A DNA stretch of 5,295 nt from Fastidiosibacter lacustris. Lineage in GTDB: Bacteria > Pseudomonadota > Gammaproteobacteria > Francisellales > Francisellaceae. Below are positions 1 through 5,295 of the stretch, piece after piece; position 1 is the stretch's first letter; each line of letters opens with the position of its first letter. The notes under the pieces are model-generated. The model searched no databases and was not told the DNA's origin. It saw nothing but the letters and a program-made list of their open reading frames with translations. Location of the stretch: contig NZ_QLIR01000035.1 in NCBI RefSeq assembly GCF_003428155.1, positions 1-5,295 of the forward strand, given 5' to 3'. The position numbers were made by a program, and so were the translations under genes.

Positions 1-90
1 GATGAATTTATTATTAGTATCCAACATGAGGTTGCTCCTGTTTTTGATTTATTTTGTTTCACGTTTATCAAAACAGGCAACCTCATCTAA
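1..90 (+). CDS. Possible 3' end of an upstream CDS (frame 1), ...DEFIISIQHEVAPVFDLFCFTFIKTGNLI*
   Basis: Frame 1 is open from base 1 to TAA at 88-90. It is only 29 codons and no family can be recognised. Frame 2 is also open over the same stretch (ATG at 2 to TGA at 98-100), so the assignment is weak. Confidence 0.3.
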   Translation, partial: DEFIISIQHEVAPVFDLFCFTFIKTGNLI

Positions 91-150
91 GTCAAGATGA
101 ATGTCAGATTATATCTAGACTAATACATATTAGGGGATCAGATTTTAATA

Positions 151-1318
151 GTGGCTTTGCCGCTATTTGCATTATCTATCCCAGGCGTATTGGAGTCTGA
201 GGCAGTACTGCTGCGGTTTGCTTTTTTTCTGCCATTTTTGCTTTTCAGTCTTTTTGCAGGAGCCATAATCGATCGCCTACCGTTAAAACGAGTTATGTTG
301 GTATGCGATAGTATTCAGGCATCAATATTCTTGCTAATCGTTGTTTTGGCATGGTTTAAAATGCTTAGCTTAATACTGTTGTTAGGTTTAGTTTTTATTA
401 GTGGCTGTGTTCTTGTATTCTTTCAAATTGCGTACTCATCCTATCTTCCTGAATTATTTAGCAGTCATAATGACATTCAAAATGGCAATGCTAAGCTATT
501 TTTTTTCGGAATCAAGCGCGCGAGCATTAGGTCCGTTATTGGCAGGTCCATTAATTGCTTTTTTGGGTATTATGCTGACGATTTTTATGAATTGTTTAAC
601 CTTCGTGATTTCCGTACTAACGCTTTTTGCAATTAGGCAAAAATCTGAAGCGCCTAAACGACTGAATCAATCAGAGCAACGCCTCATCAGCGATATTAAA
701 GAGGGGATTTTGTTTATTTTACGTCATAACAAACTTGAACCCGTGATTACTTGTGGCGGTCTGTATGTGTTGTTCCTTAGCATGGTCACAAGTTGTCTTG
801 TTATTTACTGCGATAGAGTATTAAATTTAAGTCCTGTGATGATTGGTGTTGTAGTGGGTTCTGTCGCAATAGGCTTGCCGATTGGAAATCTATTAGCGCC
901 AAAGATGGCTAAAAAGTATGGGAGTTCACAAACGCTTGTGCTTGGTGCTTTTATTTCTGTTTCGGGTATTTTTGGCATTCCTCTGTCAGGTGCCTTTCAT
1001 TCCCCTATATTTTTGATCATTACAGGGATAGTGCACGGCATAGGTGAAGGTCTTTTTGGTCCAACATCCCTAACTTTAAGGCAGTTGGAAACACCTAAAC
1101 AGCTCTTGGGGCGTATTAATTCAGTACAAAGATGCTTGCTATGGGGAATGATTGCAGTTGGTAGCTTATTGAGTTCTTTAGTTATTTATCTATGGGATAT
1201 ATCATCTGCGCTATGGCTTGGTGGAGTTGGCTCAATATTGTGTCTTATCCCACTATTAAGGCGCGGAATTTTACAGGACATTCTCAAACAGGAAAAAGCT
1301 AAATTTAGTGAAAATTAA
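151..1318 (+). pseudogene. MFS-family permease/exporter, frameshifted: frame 1 part (GTG 151 to about 506) joined to frame 2 part (about 505 to TAA 1316-1318)
   Basis: Frame 1 encodes hydrophobic TM segments and a motif-A-like GAIIDRLPLKRVML, then YSSYLPELFSSHNDIQNGNAKLFF. The canonical continuation SESSARALGPLLAGPLIAFLG is in frame 2. The two join at the T8 tract 499-506 if one T is removed (7 Ts give cta ttt ttt tcg gaa). The rejoined product would be about 388 aa, a normal size for an MFS permease. Confidence 0.82.
499..506 (+). repeat. T8 homopolymer at the MFS frame break
   Basis: Direct reading: cta|tttttttt|cgga. The reading frame of the conserved protein changes by +1 exactly here. 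Confidence 0.85.
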
Positions 1319-1329
1319 GAGGTAGAAAC

Positions 1330-2271
1330 ATGAGTTTATCATATGCTGAAGGAATTCAAGAATTTGTTGATCGCTGTAATGCGGCGATGCCAGCTGATTT
1401 TTACAAACTTCCTTTACCGGAACAGCGTCAGTTGTATTTAAATTTAACTAAAGTATTTCCCTATACGGTAAAATCTGGCATTAAAACGCAAGATATCTGT
1501 TTTTCTTCAGAAATACCTCCATTTAGAGTTTACACGCCAAACCATTGTCTTCATCGGGGGCTTATTATCTATATTCGAGGAGGTGGTTTTGTTGTCGGAT
1601 CACTGGAAACTCATCATACGCTAGTTGCTGAACTTGCGCACAAAACAGCTACTCAAGCCATCGCATTAAATTTTAGGATGGCACCTGAGTATAAATTTCC
1701 ATTAGGGCTTAACGATTGCTATGATGCTCTATGTGATATAGTAAAAAATGCCCACGCTTATGGCGTAAATGCCGACAATATTGTCCTATGTGGAGACAGC
1801 TCTGGTGCCAATATGGCCGTCAGTCTTTCGATGATGTGCAGAGATAGAAATGGTCCCAGAATTTCCGCTCAGGTCTTGATCAGTCCCGTACTCGACTTTA
1901 GCAGATGGATGAAAGATGGTAAAGATTCACCGCTTTTGACAGCAGGAGAAATGGAGTACTACGTAGATTGCTATTTAAAAAATAGAGAAGATGTATATCA
2001 CCCTTATGTATCACAACTTCTAAGTGCGAACTTTAATAGCCTACCACCCGCTTACATCATGGGGGCTGAAATGGATCCATTGGTGATCGATGCAGAAAAA
2101 TATGCCAAGCTGTTAAGTGAGCAAGGTATCAAAGTAGAGCTGAATATAGAAAAAGGCTTGGTACATTCTGCAATGCGAGCCCGTGGATTAAGTCAAAGTG
2201 TATCTAAAGCATGGGATAGATTTTGCAATAAATGTGTTGAGTTCTTAGACGAAGGTAGCTGTGATGCCTAA
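1330..2271 (+). CDS. Alpha/beta hydrolase, hormone-sensitive-lipase/family-IV esterase-like
   Basis: 313 aa ORF. GAGG at 1319-1322 lies 7 nt before the ATG. It has an IIYIRGGGFVVGS oxyanion-type loop, a GDSSGAN nucleophile elbow (1792-1806), a downstream GAEMDPLVIDAEKYAKLLSEQGIKVE acid region and GLVHSAM with the likely catalytic His. Confidence 0.88.
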   Translation: MSLSYAEGIQEFVDRCNAAMPADFYKLPLPEQRQLYLNLTKVFPYTVKSGIKTQDICFSSEIPPFRVYTPNHCLHRGLIIYIRGGGFVVGSLETHHTLVAELAHKTATQAIALNFRMAPEYKFPLGLNDCYDALCDIVKNAHAYGVNADNIVLCGDSSGANMAVSLSMMCRDRNGPRISAQVLISPVLDFSRWMKDGKDSPLLTAGEMEYYVDCYLKNREDVYHPYVSQLLSANFNSLPPAYIMGAEMDPLVIDAEKYAKLLSEQGIKVELNIEKGLVHSAMRARGLSQSVSKAWDRFCNKCVEFLDEGSCDA

Positions 2272-3499
2272 AAGACCTATAGCTATAATTATCGATCCCT
2301 ACTCATCTGGAGCTTATTACGCGCATGCCTTTGATAAGGCGAACGTTGATGTGGTGGCAGTACAAACGGCAAGGCAACCACCCGAGGTATATGCTGCTTC
2401 GTATAAACCAGAAGAATATAAACAAATATTTGTTTATGAGAACAACCTTGAAGATCTTATTTCTCAATTAAAGTTACTTGATCCACTTTGTGTTGTGGCA
2501 GGATGTGAGTCTGGTGTAGAGTTGGCTGAACAAGTGTGCTCTTTAATTCTACCTCATCTGAGCAATGATCCCAATAGGCATAAGGGTAGAATGATGGACG
2601 CTGTCACCAATGCTGGTATAGCCACAGCAAGGCAATTATGCACCAATGATCAGCAAGCAGTAGCAAACTGGTTGCTTGAAGAAGGATTGAACTCCTCAAG
2701 TTTTGTCATAAAGCCCCCTAAAAGCGCTAGCACTGACAGTGTTTATAAAGTGAATGCAGCAGATAATGACTGGCAAGTCATTTTTAACTCATTGCTCAAC
2801 ACGCATAATCGTTTAGGAATTTTAAATGATCAACTGATTGTTCAAGAATTTATGCAGGGGGTTGAATATGTTGTTGACACAATGAGTTATGTAGGAAAAC
2901 ATACAATATCGAATATCTGTAGATATCAGAAAATTAGAAATGATAAACATATTGCCATGTATGACTATATGGAGTGGCTTCCTTCTGATATTGAGCTATA
3001 TCAAGAACTACAACAATATGCGTATTCTGTTCTAGACGCCTTAGGGATAAAATTTGGTCCTGCTCATATTGAGATCATGCATACTGATAATGGGTTACGC
3101 TTGATTGAAGTTGGAGCGAGGGCTCATGGGGGAGGGCATCCACGCTATAATATGGTTGCTACGGGAGATAGCCAAATTGATCGTACGGTTAGATATTTTT
3201 CAAGGCAGCAACCTGTTTCTGAAACATATGATTTGCTAATCAATATGATGGTTGTATTTTTTGTCTGTATGAGGGAAGGTGTAATAAGCAATGTTGAGCA
3301 TACGGTGGAAAAAATAAAAAGTCTCCCAAGTCATCATCATGTCTCTATTCATGTAAAAGACGGTGATCATGTGGCTGAAACAAAAGACTTATTTGCGACC
3401 TTAGACTTGGGTTTTGTTGTTCTTGCACATCGACAAAAAGAACAACTTTTACAAGATTACAAAGCAATTCGACAAATAGAGCGGGAACTGATTGCATGA
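2264..3499 (+). CDS. ATP-grasp domain ligase, resembling L-amino-acid ligase/carboxylate-amine ligase-type enzymes
   Basis: The ORF may begin at GTG 2261 or ATG 2264, with GAAGG at 2251-2255. It overlaps the hydrolase stop. Motifs include N-terminal DPYSSGAYYAHAF, FVIKPPKSASTDSVYKV, VQEFMQGVEYVVDTMSYVGKH and the metal/ATP-site signature GPAHIEIMHTDNGLRLIEVGARAHGGGHP. Confidence 0.88.
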   Translation: MPKRPIAIIIDPYSSGAYYAHAFDKANVDVVAVQTARQPPEVYAASYKPEEYKQIFVYENNLEDLISQLKLLDPLCVVAGCESGVELAEQVCSLILPHLSNDPNRHKGRMMDAVTNAGIATARQLCTNDQQAVANWLLEEGLNSSSFVIKPPKSASTDSVYKVNAADNDWQVIFNSLLNTHNRLGILNDQLIVQEFMQGVEYVVDTMSYVGKHTISNICRYQKIRNDKHIAMYDYMEWLPSDIELYQELQQYAYSVLDALGIKFGPAHIEIMHTDNGLRLIEVGARAHGGGHPRYNMVATGDSQIDRTVRYFSRQQPVSETYDLLINMMVVFFVCMREGVISNVEHTVEKIKSLPSHHHVSIHVKDGDHVAETKDLFATLDLGFVVLAHRQKEQLLQDYKAIRQIERELIA

Positions 3500-3532
3500 A
3501 CACAATAAATGCGATAAGGGGGATAGATTATC

Positions 3533-4246
3533 ATGGAACTATGCGCAAATAACGAAGAGGTGATCAATAAGCAAAGTCTCCAATCAGAAGGTTTTTGTGT
3601 AGTTAAAAATGTTCTAAAACCAGAAACCTGTCTCTTGTTAAGAGAGTTATACGCCAAGGATCAGCACTATCGATCCACCATAGATATGCAAAGGTATAAT
3701 TTCGCGAGGGGGCAGTATCGCTACTTTAATTACCCTTTTCCTGAGATCATCAGTCGTTTAAGGCGATACTTTTACGAAAATCTGGTCGACTGTGCCAACG
3801 AATGGAGTCAAAGACTGTTACATGAAATGAAGTTTCCTGCGGATTTTTACGCATTTGAACAATCACAATATGAAGCCAATCAGGCTAAACCAACCCCATT
3901 AGTTTTAAAGTATCAAGAGGGGGACTATAACTGCTTGCACCAAGACGTCACTTCGGAAAAATATTTCCCCTATCAGATGGTGTTCTTATTAAGCAAGAAG
4001 GATATTGATTTCGCGGGTGGTGAGATTATTCTGGCACAACAGCGTCCTAGAATGCAAACCATTGCACATGTTATCAATATTGATCAGGGAGACGCCTTAA
4101 TCCTATCTTCAAAATATCACCCAACACTAGGTGTGAAAGGTTATTACAAGTCAAACTTTAAGCATGGAGTTGCCAAAATATTACGGGGTGAGCGCTATAG
4201 TTTAGGCATTATTTTTCATAACTATGTCGGAGGAGATGGTGACTAA
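3533..4246 (+). CDS. 2-oxoglutarate/Fe(II)-dependent oxygenase (prolyl-4-hydroxylase-like fold)
   Basis: 237 aa ORF with a purine-rich AAGGGGGA (3516-3523) upstream. HxD motif in NCLHQD (His 3938-3940, Asp 3944-3946), distal His in FKHGVAK (4163-4165), and 2OG-binding Arg candidate in GERYSLGIIFH (4193-4195). DFAGGEIILAQQRPRMQT and QGDALIL are typical of the double-stranded beta-helix core. Confidence 0.87.
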   Translation: MELCANNEEVINKQSLQSEGFCVVKNVLKPETCLLLRELYAKDQHYRSTIDMQRYNFARGQYRYFNYPFPEIISRLRRYFYENLVDCANEWSQRLLHEMKFPADFYAFEQSQYEANQAKPTPLVLKYQEGDYNCLHQDVTSEKYFPYQMVFLLSKKDIDFAGGEIILAQQRPRMQTIAHVINIDQGDALILSSKYHPTLGVKGYYKSNFKHGVAKILRGERYSLGIIFHNYVGGDGD

Positions 4247-5156
4247 AATATACCTGAGCTATTATACCCCATTTGATTGGCATGCCCTTCTAGCTTATTA
4301 CGCAAAGCACAGGATGGGGGAGCTGGAGCATTTTGAACAAGCGTGTTATCGGCGTTTGTTTGTTGATCAAAAAGGAATGCTTAGCCAGGTGATTGTAGCT
4401 AATGAGCCAAACCATAACAGATTGGTCGCTGAAATCAGCACACAATGCCCCGCTTCAATTGAGGAAGTACGATGGCGTTTAATGAATATGTTTGACCTCA
4501 CACACGATCCTGAGCATTTGCAAAAGACATTAGGAAGTACGGACGTCTGTCATAGTTGGCAGTATTTTTATGGGGTGAGAAAAGTAGGGGCTTGGGATCC
4601 ATTTGAACTTGCCATAACGACAATTTTAGGTCAGCTGATCTCTATCAAACAGGCAACAAACTTAACCAAAGCACTTATGGATCATTATGGTGAAAAAGTT
4701 ATTGATCCACACAGTCAAATAGAAGTTTCTCTTTTTCCTAAACTATCCATACTGGTTGAGAACTCGCTAGATTATTTGAAGATTCCGGCTATGAAGAAGA
4801 TGGCTATTGCGGCACTATCCCAAGCCATTTGGCAAAATAAAATTAACTTTTCAGTTAAGCAAGACTTGATAAGTTTCCGTAAACAATTGATGATGATCAA
4901 AGGCATTGGACGTTGGAGCACGGAATATATTGCGCTTAGGGCTCTAGGTGATCAAAATGCGTTTCCTGAAAATGATGTTTTTTTGCAAAAAATGTTGACT
5001 AATGAACATATTGATTGTAGTAAACCCTTTCGCGCTTATATTGCGAGCTATTGCTATATCTATGCGGAAACTATGAAAAATCAGAACTTGGTGAAGATGC
5101 CTACGGTACAACCATTAAAAGTGAATAAGAAAATAAACTTGCACAAGGAGGCTTTT
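4236..5156 (+). CDS. alkA: DNA-3-methyladenine glycosylase II (AlkA-like, HhH-GPD), absent from the supplied ORF track. No stop codon before 5157; the frame continues to the window end
   Basis: Frame 3 is open from ATG 4236 (GGAGG at 4229-4233; GTG 4239 is an alternative start) to the window end. MVTKIYLSYYTPFDWHALLAYYAKHRMGELEHF matches an AlkA N-terminal domain. GAWDPFELAITTILGQLISIKQA and the HhH-GPD region MMIKGIGRWSTEYIALRALGDQNAFPENDVFLQ, with candidate catalytic Asp at 4974-4976, fit AlkA. Confidence 0.88.
5145..5151 (+). promoter_or_regulatory. Shine-Dalgarno sequence AAGGAGG internal to the continuous alkA frame
   Basis: Perfect 7-nt AAGGAGG with 5 nt spacing to ATG 5157. Confidence 0.75.
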
Positions 5157-5295
5157 ATGCAAATTAACGGTTTTGATGAGGCGATTTACCGCTCCCCGTT
5201 TGGATTAGTGAAATTGCAAGCCAATGATCAATATCTTTTGTTTTGTGAGTGGCTGAACGAATTAACAGAGGAAGTTAAGTCCAATAACAAAGTGT
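5157..5295 (+). CDS. Partial methylated-DNA--protein-cysteine methyltransferase (Ogt/MGMT-like) N-terminus, MQINGFDEAIYRSPFGLVKLQANDQYLLFCEWLNELTEEVKSNNKV..., either a separate gene or the C-terminal part of an AlkA fusion
   Basis: AAGGAGG at 5145-5151 lies 5 nt before ATG 5157. The AIYRSPFGLVKLQAND segment resembles the N-terminal Y-SPxG-L-A opening of MGMT proteins, and the position after alkA supports this. The active-site PCHRV region would lie beyond the window. Confidence 0.6.
   Translation, partial: MQINGFDEAIYRSPFGLVKLQANDQYLLFCEWLNELTEEVKSNNKV

Noticed and set aside
83-100. Hairpin TCATCT-AAGTCA-AGATGA as a possible terminator
   Set aside because: It has only a 6-bp AT-rich stem and no following T tract. 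It is too weak to call as a terminator and likely occurs by chance.
2-100. Frame 2 ORF MNLLLVSNMRLLLFLIYFVSRLSKQATSSKSR* as the missing permease TM1
   Set aside because: It is hydrophobic and suggestive of TM1, but no single indel cleanly joins it to YILGDQILIVALPL. Frame 1 is equally open here, so the sequence does not decide.
401-504. Independent start of the frame 2 ORF at 401 (MAVFLYSFKLRTHPIF...)
   Set aside because: This stretch is an out-of-frame reading of conserved frame 1 permease sequence. Only the region after about 505 carries the real protein signal in frame 2.
3457-3657. 66-aa minus-strand ORF from the supplied track
   Set aside because: It lies antisense across the 3' end of the ATP-grasp gene and the 5' end of the oxygenase. 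It has no recognisable motif, and both + strand genes are strongly supported.
1-5295. CRISPR arrays, tRNA/rRNA genes, transposases or insertion-sequence ends
   Set aside because: I saw no regularly spaced repeats, recognisable RNA genes, transposase motifs or terminal inverted repeats by eye. The window is almost fully occupied by protein-coding frames.

Overview
All supported genes lie on the + strand and are nearly contiguous. In order they are: (i) an MFS permease whose reading frame is broken at a T8 tract, and whose N-terminus also appears truncated by an upstream stop; (ii) an HSL/family-IV-type alpha/beta hydrolase with an unusual RGGG oxyanion motif; (iii) an ATP-grasp ligase resembling the L-amino-acid/carboxylate-amine ligase group; (iv) a 2-oxoglutarate/Fe(II) oxygenase with an HxD...H...R motif set; (v) an AlkA-type 3-methyladenine DNA glycosylase missing from the supplied ORF track, because its frame stays open to the window edge; and (vi) in that same open frame, after a strong internal Shine-Dalgarno and ATG at 5157, what looks like the N-terminus of an O6-methylguanine-DNA methyltransferase (Ogt/MGMT-like). 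The most interesting points are the possible small amide or peptide-type metabolite cassette (transporter, hydrolase, ATP-grasp ligase) running into an alkylation-repair cassette (oxygenase, AlkA, MGMT), the stop-less AlkA-to-MGMT junction, and the homopolymer frameshift in the permease. Family assignments come from reading motifs by eye; no searches were run.
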